Positions 18,454-27,306 of a stretch of DNA of 64,000 nt are shown here, one piece after another. A program made the translations under genes and the position numbers. The notes beneath the pieces are model-generated. The model made no database searches, was not told where the DNA came from, and saw nothing but the letters and a program-made list of their open reading frames with translations. The stretch's first letter is position 1; each line of letters begins with the position of its first letter. This DNA comes from an uncultured Gammaproteobacteria bacterium (GTDB lineage: Bacteria; Patescibacteriota; Microgenomatia; Daviesbacterales; UBA10151): contig CAZJNI010000001.1 in the NCBI GenBank assembly GCA_964547465.1, positions 24,205 through 88,204 on the forward strand, in the 5' to 3' direction.

Positions 18454-18903
18454 TTAGAAATCCTTTATATCTAATACTTTAATTTCATTATATAACTTGA
18501 AATCTTTGACATTCGCAGTAACTATTTGTTTAATTTGGTTTGACAACATGGTGGCCACAAGATATGCATCAAAAACTTGCCCGTTTTTAATCTTATTCTT
18601 GGTCATAAGCATGGATAATATCTTAATAGTTTCCTGATTAGGAATAACTACCTTAAAAGGTAATTTCAAATAATATTCAGATAGTTCTTGAGCTTTTAGC
18701 GATGAAAGTGGTTTAGCAACTCTTCTTTGATCTGTAATGATTGAATAAAATTCTAAAAGATTCTGTTGAGTCAAAATTCCTCTGAAGCGCCCTGCAATCA
18801 CTTCTTTGACTAAAGCTAAAGATTTTCTATGAAAAGGGCTATCCTGATTATGAGCATAGACTAAAATATTAGTATCAAAAAGCAACGGGTCAGATACTAT
18901 CAT
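18454..18903 (-). CDS. VapC PIN-domain toxin
   Basis: LFDTNILVYA...EFYSIIT...VFDAYLVATM...TANVKDF. Confidence 0.9.
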   Translation of the reverse strand: MIVSDPLLFDTNILVYAHNQDSPFHRKSLALVKEVIAGRFRGILTQQNLLEFYSIITDQRRVAKPLSSLKAQELSEYYLKLPFKVVIPNQETIKILSMLMTKNKIKNGQVFDAYLVATMLSNQIKQIVTANVKDFKLYNEIKVLDIKDF

Positions 18904-19111
18904 AGATTTGCACTCTTCTCATGTCACCTTTAATCTCACCCATGTTATAGACTTTTAAATTGTATTTAACACTCTTTCTTATTTGGGGTTTGCCAAGATA
19001 GCTTTCTAAAGCTTGATTAACTATATCTGCAAAAGCAATTCTTTCATCTATAGCTTTTTTGCGGGCCTCTTTAAATATATCTTCCTGCAGCCTTACTGTA
19101 GTACGGATCAT
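18890..19111 (-). CDS. RHH/VapB-type antitoxin
   Basis: MIRTTVRLQEDIFKEARKKA...IVNQALESYL; the palindrome CATCTTGA-TG-TCAAGATG overlaps its -35 box. Confidence 0.85.
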   Translation of the reverse strand: MIRTTVRLQEDIFKEARKKAIDERIAFADIVNQALESYLGKPQIRKSVKYNLKVYNMGEIKGDMRRVQIYDSI

Positions 19112-19187
19112 AATAATGTCAGTTTAGCATCAAAACATCTTGATGTCAAGATGCATTATCTTAGCTAACCTTGTTAGCAATTAACAT

Positions 19188-20594
19188 TCAAGCAGCTTTT
19201 ACTAATTCTTGAGTTTCTTCTTTTTCTTCAGGATTATCTGCCTCAGCTGAGGTACCACAACCAAAAACATAACCGCATCCACATGAAGGTGTATAATCTC
19301 CCGCAGCTCTATTTGATTCATCTTCAAATCTTAAATTACAATCAGGACAATGGTAATGCCCATCCTTAGGCATTCCACAATCTCCACATACCCCACCCAA
19401 ACCCTCCCTACCTAAAGATATCCTTCCTAAACCTAAACTTATCCCTCTGAGTGATGCCATTGAACTTGAACCAGCACATCCTGCTCTGGTCCTTAAAAAA
19501 GCTGCAGCCATCATAAACTTATCCTGATCTCTAATTTGTTCTGAAACCCAACTGTTTTGAGGAGACAACCTATCAAAATATCTATTTGGTGTTTTTTGCA
19601 AATAATCAACTGTGATATTTAGTATTGTTTCCTCTATTATGCTGGCTATTTCAGCTTGGATAATTGAGTGATTTAAATTACTAAACTTTCTCCAAAGATT
19701 ATTTGTTAATTCTTTAATATGCTCTTCTATCTCCTTATTAAAATTCAGAAGCTGATTCATTCTTTGAATATCTGCTCTAGTTTGAGCTACTGATCTTATC
19801 TCTATAGTGCCGTCTTCCTGAACTAATCTAAAGTCAGCATCTCCTCTGATAGAGACAATTTTATCTAACACATATTCTGCAGGATTTTTTAAAGCTTGGG
19901 AGTAAGAAAAAAGAGCTGGGTTCCCAACAATATTAGATACTCTTTCTAACTGAGTCTGACCTGTTAATAAACCTTCAGATACACCAAGACTTTCTGAGAG
20001 TTCTTTTGATTGTCTTTCATCTAAATCTGAAACTAAAGTTAATCCATGCAACTCACCCTGCTGATCAGTCCAGAAAACCATGGTTTGGTTGTTTTTATAA
20101 GTAATTCCTGTTCCATCATTTTTGAAAAACCCGGAATGACCAAATGGACTATTAATAACAGCTATGCTATCAGCATTATTAGAAAGATATCCATCAACTT
20201 TTATTGAGGCCTGTTTAACCCCTCCTTGTCTCTCCTGATCAGTTATCCCATCTACCACCAATATTCCATTATTTCCCACCATTCTTCTGACCCCATTCAC
20301 TCTTTCTATTCTATTTTTATGCGGCAAAACAGTCTTTGACTGGATATATTCCAAAATATAACTTCTGATGTTGGTCTCCAGCTCTCCTAATGAAACTGCC
20401 CAAGCCTCTTCATTGTTTTTTCCTTCTCTTAGATTTTGATTGTAATTTTTAAATAAGCGTTTTATTTCTAAAGGCAGTATAAAACCTGTTCCTTGTAATC
20501 GAGATTGTTCACCTAGGTAAGGAGTTATTTGTACCTCTTGAGGCCTTTCAGTAGGGAAAATTCGGTTGTTTAATGGAAGTACTTCTAATGACAT
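19188..20594 (-). CDS. Hypothetical protein with C-terminal Cys-rich (zinc-ribbon-like) domain
   Basis: CGDC..HYHCPDC...CGC...C, acidic tail ending LVKAA; CAGGAG RBS; downstream of the riboswitch. Confidence 0.8.
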   Translation of the reverse strand: MSLEVLPLNNRIFPTERPQEVQITPYLGEQSRLQGTGFILPLEIKRLFKNYNQNLREGKNNEEAWAVSLGELETNIRSYILEYIQSKTVLPHKNRIERVNGVRRMVGNNGILVVDGITDQERQGGVKQASIKVDGYLSNNADSIAVINSPFGHSGFFKNDGTGITYKNNQTMVFWTDQQGELHGLTLVSDLDERQSKELSESLGVSEGLLTGQTQLERVSNIVGNPALFSYSQALKNPAEYVLDKIVSIRGDADFRLVQEDGTIEIRSVAQTRADIQRMNQLLNFNKEIEEHIKELTNNLWRKFSNLNHSIIQAEIASIIEETILNITVDYLQKTPNRYFDRLSPQNSWVSEQIRDQDKFMMAAAFLRTRAGCAGSSSMASLRGISLGLGRISLGREGLGGVCGDCGMPKDGHYHCPDCNLRFEDESNRAAGDYTPSCGCGYVFGCGTSAEADNPEEKEETQELVKAA

Positions 20595-20617
20595 ATGCTC
20601 CTGTTCACGGGACTAAA

Positions 20618-20805
20618 AATGTGGTCGGTCTCCTGACTTAAAGTTAGGTTGTAGGTGGTAGGTTTTAGGTTATAGCTCTCTTGCGATCACTACAACCTAC
20701 TCACTACTAGCTACCAACTAGCTAATCACAGTTGCGGCACAGCCCAGGATTTACACCTGGTTCCCATTGTTCCTTTCAGCCAAAGGCTGATGGTACACCA
20801 CACCT
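20618..20805 (-). ncRNA. Cobalamin riboswitch
   Basis: Minus strand has GGGAACCAGGTGTAAATCCTGGGCTGTGCCGCAACTGTG and B12-box AAGTCAGGAGACC; GTGGT/ACCAC closing stem; lies in the 5' UTR of 19188-20594. Confidence 0.88.
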
Positions 20806-20807
20806 TT

Positions 20808-20836
20808 AAAATAACATCTCAAAACTCAAATGTCAA
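20808..20836 (-). promoter_or_regulatory. sigma70 promoter for the riboswitch leader
   Basis: TTGACA (20836-20831), 17 bp, TGnTATTTT (-10 at 20813-20808). Confidence 0.6.
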
Positions 20837-20925
20837 AACTCAAAACTATAACTCAAATGTTAAAACTTTTAAAGATTTTAGATTTAAGATATAGATTTGA
20901 CATTTGAGATCTAAGATTTGAGATT
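20815..20925. repeat. Inverted heptamer-array hairpin, no cargo
   Basis: (CTCAAAA/GTCAAAA)n arm followed by a complementary (TTTGAGA/TTTGACA)n arm. Confidence 0.75.
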
Positions 20926-21004
20926 AGTATGGATTTGTCCCATAATGATCTCTTTTGTGCTCCTTGCCATTATTTTTTTCACATTGTATATAGATAATAC
21001 CTAT

Positions 21005-22057
21005 ATGGAGCCACACCCTATTCCGCAAAATGTCACTACTTTTCAATTTCATCTGGTCGGGGATATGACTTTAAAGCAATTTATATATCTGGCCGCAGGC
21101 TCCGGTATTGCTTATATTCTCTTTGTCTTTTTTGCCCATGATTATCCTGCTGTTAGTTGGCCCTTGATTATAATATCCGCCCTTTCGGGGGTGGCTTTTG
21201 CTTTTTTACCTGTTAACTCAAGGCCGCTTGATTCCTGGGTTAAAGCATTTCTTAAGGCTATTTATTCCCCAACCAAAAGAGTTTGGAAGAAAAATAATAA
21301 ATCTTACAAAGAAGAGCCTACCTTCAGTAGCAGGTTTGTAGCATATCTTTCAGGGCTACAACCTACTCAACAAATTCAAGCTCCTATCATTATACCTGCA
21401 CCAATTTCTGTACAACCATCTCCACAACCAATTCCCCCAACTGAAACTAAAAAAGAGCCGGAAGACCTGCCTTCTCCGGAACAACTGCAAAAAACTGTGG
21501 ATCTGGCCCGTCAGGCTCAAAGTTTACAAATGAGGATAGTCCAGACAGAAAGGGCTCTAAGCCAGGTTAAGTCAACAGCTCAAAATCAAACCCAAATTCC
21601 GGCTGATTATACCCAGCAGGTAAATAAGATTTTGACTGATTTACAAACTTTAGTTACTCAAGCTTCTCAAATTAAACAACAAATTGAAGCAGTTAATCAA
21701 CCGGAAAGTCCAAAAATAGCACCAATTCCCCTGGTAAAGCCTAAGGTAAAAGTAGTTGTCTCAAATAAACCAAGGCTAACCCAGGTAGCTCTGACTTCTT
21801 TCCCAAATGTAATAAATGGCATAATTAGACAGTCAAATGGAAATTACCTGGAGGGAGCGGTGGTAGTTATTTACGATAAAGAAGGACTACCGGTACGTGC
21901 GCTTAAAACAAACAAACTGGGACAATTCAGCGGTGCTACTCCACTACCTAATGGTACATATACAGTTGAATTGGAAAAAGAAGGTTTTAGCTTTGATGTA
22001 TTACAGGTTGATTTAGTAGGGGCACTGCTGCCACCTTTAATGATTACAGCAAAATGA
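21005..22057 (+). CDS. PrgI-family T4SS membrane protein with coiled coil and C-terminal beta-sandwich domain
   Basis: MEPHPIPQNVTTFQFHLVGDMTLKQFIYL, two TMs, RPLDSW...PTKRVW; C-terminal PVRALKTNKLGQF...NGTY. Confidence 0.82.
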   Translation: MEPHPIPQNVTTFQFHLVGDMTLKQFIYLAAGSGIAYILFVFFAHDYPAVSWPLIIISALSGVAFAFLPVNSRPLDSWVKAFLKAIYSPTKRVWKKNNKSYKEEPTFSSRFVAYLSGLQPTQQIQAPIIIPAPISVQPSPQPIPPTETKKEPEDLPSPEQLQKTVDLARQAQSLQMRIVQTERALSQVKSTAQNQTQIPADYTQQVNKILTDLQTLVTQASQIKQQIEAVNQPESPKIAPIPLVKPKVKVVVSNKPRLTQVALTSFPNVINGIIRQSNGNYLEGAVVVIYDKEGLPVRALKTNKLGQFSGATPLPNGTYTVELEKEGFSFDVLQVDLVGALLPPLMITAK

Positions 22058-22806
22058 ATACAACACAAAAACATTTATCAATTGCTGATATAACAGATAA
22101 TATCCTGCTGCTTAGGGACGGCGGCGGGGCACTAGTTCTGCAGGTCTCTGCTGTTAATTTTGGGTTATTATCAGAGCGGGAGCAAATAGCTATTATTTCC
22201 AGCTTTGCCCAGATGTTAAATTCTCTTTCTTTCTCTATTCAGATCCTCGTTTTTTCAGAGAGACTAAATATTAATTCTTACCTTAGTCTTTTGGATAAAG
22301 CACAAAGTTTGCAAACTAATCCCCTGCTTTCTAAATTAATCGTTAATTATAAGCAGTTTGTCCAGTCAACCATTAAAGAAAACGAAGTTTTAGATAAAAA
22401 ATTCTATATAGTCATACCTTTATACAAAATAGAACTTGGTTTAACAACCTCAAAAGAGGTTTTGCAACAAAAGATAAAAACAGTACTTTTGCCAAGAAGT
22501 GACCAGATTGCGAGACAACTGGCCAGAGTCGGCCTTAAAACTACCCAGCTTAATACAAAAGAGCTTCTGGAATTATTTTATGATATTTATAATGGCCAGT
22601 TTGTGGAGAATGTAGTACCAAAGCCAATTAACCCGGGTGAGATTACTGTAGCGCTAAATCAACCTGAAGTAAAACTTACAACCGAAACATTTAAAACACC
22701 CATTATGGCGCAACCTGCGAAAGTTACCCCACAGCCAAATTTAGTAAGTAGCCAGCCTGTCAGAACTCACCCATTTGTGGTGGAAGAATTGGATGAAAAC
22801 GTATGA
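22054..22806 (+). CDS. T4SS-associated protein (VirB4 N-terminal-like)
   Basis: TQKHLSIADI...LQVSAVNFGLLSEREQ...LNSLSFSIQI...KKFYIVIP; coupled between prgI and virB4. Confidence 0.72.
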   Translation: MNTTQKHLSIADITDNILLLRDGGGALVLQVSAVNFGLLSEREQIAIISSFAQMLNSLSFSIQILVFSERLNINSYLSLLDKAQSLQTNPLLSKLIVNYKQFVQSTIKENEVLDKKFYIVIPLYKIELGLTTSKEVLQQKIKTVLLPRSDQIARQLARVGLKTTQLNTKELLELFYDIYNGQFVENVVPKPINPGEITVALNQPEVKLTTETFKTPIMAQPAKVTPQPNLVSSQPVRTHPFVVEELDENV

Positions 22807-24557
22807 AATTAAGTTTATTTAAAAAATCTAAACCTGAAGAATCAACTGTTCCTCAACTAACCATTGAGGATGTAATTGCTCCCGGGGAATTGGAGGTTGA
22901 TTTTAACCATTTAAGAATAGACAACCGCTTTTTTAGAACCTATTTTGTGTCAAATTATCCCAGGTTTGTTGAGCCTAACTGGCTTGAGCCGGTGATTTCT
23001 TTTGACCATTCTCTTTTAATTTCTATGTTTATATATCCTTCCCAATCTGCCGGGGTTTTGGATGAGTTAAAAAGAAAAATTGCCGAAATGGAAGCAACTA
23101 TCCAGACAGACTTTGAAAGAGGCAGGGCAATTGATCCGGCTGTTGAAGTTGCCCTGGAGGATGCCAAAGGACTGCAAGAACAGTTAGTTAAAGGTGTGGA
23201 GAGATTTTTTCAATTTGCTCTTTATATTACAGTTCCTGCTCAAAGCATGGAAGAGCTAAATAATACCTCCAAGCTGATTGAATCTACTTTGGCCTCACTT
23301 TCCATGACTGCCAAAGCTGCCACTTTGCAAATGGAAGACGGTTTTAAATCAACTCTTCCTCAAGGAACAGATCTTTTGAATTTAAATCACAATATGGATA
23401 CCACATCGCTAGCTACTACTTTTCCTTTTGCCTCATCTGAACTAACTGCTAATGAAGGCATCATGTATGGAATCAATGAACACAATGATTCTTTAATTTT
23501 ATTTGACAGGTTCAGTTTAGAGAACGCGAATTCGGTGGTATTTGCCAAAAGCGGAGCTGGCAAGAGCTATTTGGTCAAACTTGAGGCTTTACGTTCTTTG
23601 ATGTTTGGGACAGAAATTATTGTGATAGATCCTGAACAGGAATACCTGCCTTTAACTCAAGCTGTGGGAGGAGAGTTTATTAACTTTTCCGCCTCATCTC
23701 CAATTAAAATAAACCCGTTTGATTTAAACACCAAACTCTCACCCGGAGAAAATGAACTGGGCAGAAAAATTTTATCCTTAACTACTTTTTTAAAGCTGGT
23801 TTTAGGAAATTTGTCTGCCAACGAGGCTGCAATCTTGGATAGATCCTTAAAACAAACATATGCCTTAAAGGGCATAAACGATGATCCTAAAACTCAAGGT
23901 AGGACTCCGCCTTTAATGGAAGATCTGTATAAAGTATTAATCGGCATGGAAGAACCCTCGGCCCTGGAGCTGGCAGCCAGACTGGAAAGATTTGTCAAGG
24001 GTTCTTTGACTGGAATTTTTTCTGCCTATTCAAATGTAGAAATCTCTAATGCCTTTACTGTTTTTTCTGTGCGGGATTTGCCGGACCAACTGCGGCCTTT
24101 AGCCATCCATATGATTTTAGACTATGTCTGGACCAAGATCAGAAGCAGGCTGAAAAAAAGGATTTTAATTGTGGATGAAGCCTGGTATTTAATGAGAAAT
24201 CCTGATTCTGCTGATTTTTTGGTGGATATGGCCAAAAGAGCGCGCAAATATTATTTAGGCCTGACTACCATCACTCAAGATGTGGAGGATTTCCTGACAA
24301 CAGAGCGGGGCAAAGAAATAATTTCTAACTCCTCCATCCAGACTCTTTTAAAACAGGCTCCTGCCTCAATTGATCTTTTGGCGCAAGTTTTTAACCTTTC
24401 TGAAGGGGAGCAAAGATTGCTTTTGTCAGAAGGAGTTGGAGAAGGATTATTTTTTGCCGGCAATACTCATGTTGCCATGAAAGTGGTGGCCTCCCCACAG
24501 GAACATCAACTAATCACCTCAAATCCTAAGGAATTATTGGCCAGGGAAAGTGTTTGA
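22803..24557 (+). CDS. virB4: VirB4-family ATPase
   Basis: FAKSGAGKS Walker A, IDPEQEY, INPFD, ILIVDEAW Walker B, RARKY...TQ. Confidence 0.9.
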   Translation: MKLSLFKKSKPEESTVPQLTIEDVIAPGELEVDFNHLRIDNRFFRTYFVSNYPRFVEPNWLEPVISFDHSLLISMFIYPSQSAGVLDELKRKIAEMEATIQTDFERGRAIDPAVEVALEDAKGLQEQLVKGVERFFQFALYITVPAQSMEELNNTSKLIESTLASLSMTAKAATLQMEDGFKSTLPQGTDLLNLNHNMDTTSLATTFPFASSELTANEGIMYGINEHNDSLILFDRFSLENANSVVFAKSGAGKSYLVKLEALRSLMFGTEIIVIDPEQEYLPLTQAVGGEFINFSASSPIKINPFDLNTKLSPGENELGRKILSLTTFLKLVLGNLSANEAAILDRSLKQTYALKGINDDPKTQGRTPPLMEDLYKVLIGMEEPSALELAARLERFVKGSLTGIFSAYSNVEISNAFTVFSVRDLPDQLRPLAIHMILDYVWTKIRSRLKKRILIVDEAWYLMRNPDSADFLVDMAKRARKYYLGLTTITQDVEDFLTTERGKEIISNSSIQTLLKQAPASIDLLAQVFNLSEGEQRLLLSEGVGEGLFFAGNTHVAMKVVASPQEHQLITSNPKELLARESV

Positions 24558-24572
24558 TGATACACTTAAGTC

Positions 24573-26858
24573 ATGGTAAAAGTAGCAACAAAGTTAACAC
24601 TATCAATAATAGATTTGACCAGAGCTTTAGTTGCCAAAAAAACCCCTGGATATGCCAATGCAGATAAATGGGGTATTTACAGTTACGAGGATGTTATCTA
24701 CCCACAAGCCCGATTAGCTTTTCCCACATATAACAAGCTCTATGACAGTAATGCAGAATTTACCAATTATTTTGTTCGTGATCTTAATAAAAAAGATAGC
24801 CAACTGGTTAAAATTATTGGAGAAAAAAATGTTGAGAAAATCTTAATTGGAGTTTCGGAAACAGAGGGAGAAGTATACGGAGAAGCTGTTCCGGAACAAA
24901 CAGCAGGAGCTGCAGCTTTGGATCAGGGAGTTAGCGGGGAGTCTCCTTCTACAATGGCTGGGGGGATACCTTTTGGCGGAGGAATTTCCGGCACTGCCCC
25001 TGCCCGAAGGATAATCCGTATTATCCCTCACGCACAAGAAGCAGCTAAATCAGATCTGGTTGTTGCAAATAAAAGTGGGGTAGTTAGAGAAGCCGGAGAC
25101 CCGTCAAAATTAGTTAAAACAACCCGCAGTGGAGCAATTATAGAACCCGGGCAACGATCAACATTAGTAACTGCAAACAGTAGCGGGGTAGTCAGGGAAG
25201 CACCACCATCAAAAATATTCATTGCTAACAAGAGTGGTGTGGTTACAGGGGTACGTAATATAAAATCTCCCAGCTGGTTAAAAACTTTTGGGTCTAATGC
25301 ACAAATATTCGCCAAAAAAAACTTAGGAAGAATAGGTAGTGGTCTTGGAGAAATGCTGGGGGGGATAGGCAGGGGGATTGGCGGTCCTGCGCTTAATGGC
25401 TTGTATAATCTCTCGGGAAAGGCAGGGGGTGGTGTTCTTAGTACTGTTGGAAGACTCCCAGGCTTCTCAGGTCCTAAACCTGGTGGCTTTAGCTTATCGA
25501 AGGGTCTTGGTGCGGGAAGGCAGGTAGCACTGGTATCTTTAGCTTTTATCTTACTTTTCGGATTCATTACTTTTTCAGCAGTTTCGCAATCTCCAACCTC
25601 CACAGAAGCCAGCCCGCAAACTCCTGGTTTTATTGGTACATTAGCTCCTCCTCCCAGTCCGGATTATCAAATATTACACGATGATATTTTAAAACAGTTT
25701 GGCGTTGATTTTGACCTACAAAACCCATTTCCCTATGATTATTTAACATATGCTTGGGAAAAGCTCTGGAATGTTTCCAATACAAAGTTTTTAGAACTGG
25801 TCCGTGGAGCGGATAAAAATAAAATCATAACTGTAAAACGGGAGGACAAAGGCTTTAATGAACAGAGAGGCTGTCTTTCTATAATCATGAGCGGTATAAG
25901 CTCGGTCGATCAAAAACCCTACCCAAAAAGTTTATTCCAGGTGGTTTTTATCCACGAGCTAACTCATGTAATACAAAGCTGCAATCCAAATGCTGTAAAT
26001 TTCACTGCGCTGGATGCTGCTCTAAAGCAAGAGGGGGGGATAAGCACTTTTTCACAAGACCCAACCAAGTGTATTAGTGGCGTAACCCAATTAAATGAAG
26101 ACTTCGCAGAAACTCTGGCATATTATTTAAACCAGGAGTGGGGGGAACAGTCTTATTTTAGCACATGCCCGCCAAAAGACAGTACCAATCCAATTTTGAG
26201 AGGAGATAAACCCCTGCACCAACAATTTGTAGCATCTTTACTTGGAGTAACTGCGCTAATCCCTCAAACAATACAATCAGGTAATCTCCCTAAATTCAGT
26301 TGCCCTGTAATAGGAGATGGGGAATCATGGTATGGTTCCTTCCAGGCAGATCCAAAAGATGGCCACTGTGGCTCAAACTATAATCAAAGACTAAAAACCT
26401 CTGATCCAAATTATGTTGCGTGTAGTGGAGATAGTCGGCGGGGTAAGTCCATGGATAGAAAAACAGGCGGTGCCAACGGAGATAATATAGTACTCCCCAT
26501 GATCGATAACAAAATAGTTGAATGGCAACTCATTAATCAATTTGACCTTTCAGCCAATGATTGTTTTGCGGAAGAAATTATTAATCCAGACGGCTTAAAC
26601 GGTGGCTGCGGCAAGGGTTATGTTTTCCAAACCCCGCCTGTTGCAAAACAAGTTAACGGGCAAAACTGGATATTACATTTACTTCACATGGGCCCAACCA
26701 GTTTTAATTTAAACCAAATATATACATCGGGTGAAACTGTAGGTAAAACCGAAGCCATTCATGTGCATATTTCCTTAGGTCAAAATATTTCTAATTCCTT
26801 GAGTCAAACTGAACCAGGATGGAAATCTGTTGATACAGAATTAAAATTATGTCAATAA
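24573..26858 (+). CDS. Membrane-anchored protein with zincin-like and degenerate M23-like regions
   Basis: Gly-rich N-region with ANKSGVV repeats, one TM, HELTH...EDFAE, C-terminal HLLHM...HVH. Confidence 0.6.
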   Translation: MVKVATKLTLSIIDLTRALVAKKTPGYANADKWGIYSYEDVIYPQARLAFPTYNKLYDSNAEFTNYFVRDLNKKDSQLVKIIGEKNVEKILIGVSETEGEVYGEAVPEQTAGAAALDQGVSGESPSTMAGGIPFGGGISGTAPARRIIRIIPHAQEAAKSDLVVANKSGVVREAGDPSKLVKTTRSGAIIEPGQRSTLVTANSSGVVREAPPSKIFIANKSGVVTGVRNIKSPSWLKTFGSNAQIFAKKNLGRIGSGLGEMLGGIGRGIGGPALNGLYNLSGKAGGGVLSTVGRLPGFSGPKPGGFSLSKGLGAGRQVALVSLAFILLFGFITFSAVSQSPTSTEASPQTPGFIGTLAPPPSPDYQILHDDILKQFGVDFDLQNPFPYDYLTYAWEKLWNVSNTKFLELVRGADKNKIITVKREDKGFNEQRGCLSIIMSGISSVDQKPYPKSLFQVVFIHELTHVIQSCNPNAVNFTALDAALKQEGGISTFSQDPTKCISGVTQLNEDFAETLAYYLNQEWGEQSYFSTCPPKDSTNPILRGDKPLHQQFVASLLGVTALIPQTIQSGNLPKFSCPVIGDGESWYGSFQADPKDGHCGSNYNQRLKTSDPNYVACSGDSRRGKSMDRKTGGANGDNIVLPMIDNKIVEWQLINQFDLSANDCFAEEIINPDGLNGGCGKGYVFQTPPVAKQVNGQNWILHLLHMGPTSFNLNQIYTSGETVGKTEAIHVHISLGQNISNSLSQTEPGWKSVDTELKLCQ

Positions 26859-27292
26859 AAAAATCCGCTTTAGGTTTTGTAATTATTATTACGCTTCTAA
26901 TTACGTTCTGGGGAATAAAAAGTAGTATAACCCAATCCATTCCCCCTCCTCAATCTGATCCGGTTTCAAAAACTGACAAGCCGACTATTGTTTCCACCAA
27001 GCCTGATCCGCTGGAAGGAGCTGTTGTACCTGCAACTGCAACCATTGAAATTACATTTAACAGACAACTGGAAAATGCCCACGAAACCAAAATCAGGTTT
27101 GATCCTGAAATTCCTTACAAGATTGTTCTATCAGAGGACGGGAAAACTGCCAGAATTACTGCTGATGAACCATTTGAGCTGGGCTTAACTTATACCCTAT
27201 TTATAATCGGGGAAACTAAATTTAAAGGCCTTGGGCAATGGAATGAGGAAAAAATATTCCACTTCCAAACCATTAAATATAGAGGCGTTTAA
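26849..27292 (+). CDS. Bacterial Ig-like (Big_5-type) membrane-anchored protein
   Basis: N-terminal TM; PTIVSTKP...IEITFN...YTL...FHFQT. Confidence 0.7.
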   Translation: MSIKKSALGFVIIITLLITFWGIKSSITQSIPPPQSDPVSKTDKPTIVSTKPDPLEGAVVPATATIEITFNRQLENAHETKIRFDPEIPYKIVLSEDGKTARITADEPFELGLTYTLFIIGETKFKGLGQWNEEKIFHFQTIKYRGV

Positions 27293-27306
27293 GTAAAAAG
27301 GGGCGT

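Noticed and set aside
25028-25603. 191-aa minus-strand ORF
   Set aside because: Shadow of the Gly-rich part of the 761-aa gene; the same applies to most short antisense ORFs in the track.
3272-27292. Integrative conjugative element or prophage
   Set aside because: No integrase, relaxase, terminase or capsid genes; the locus runs directly into dnaN.
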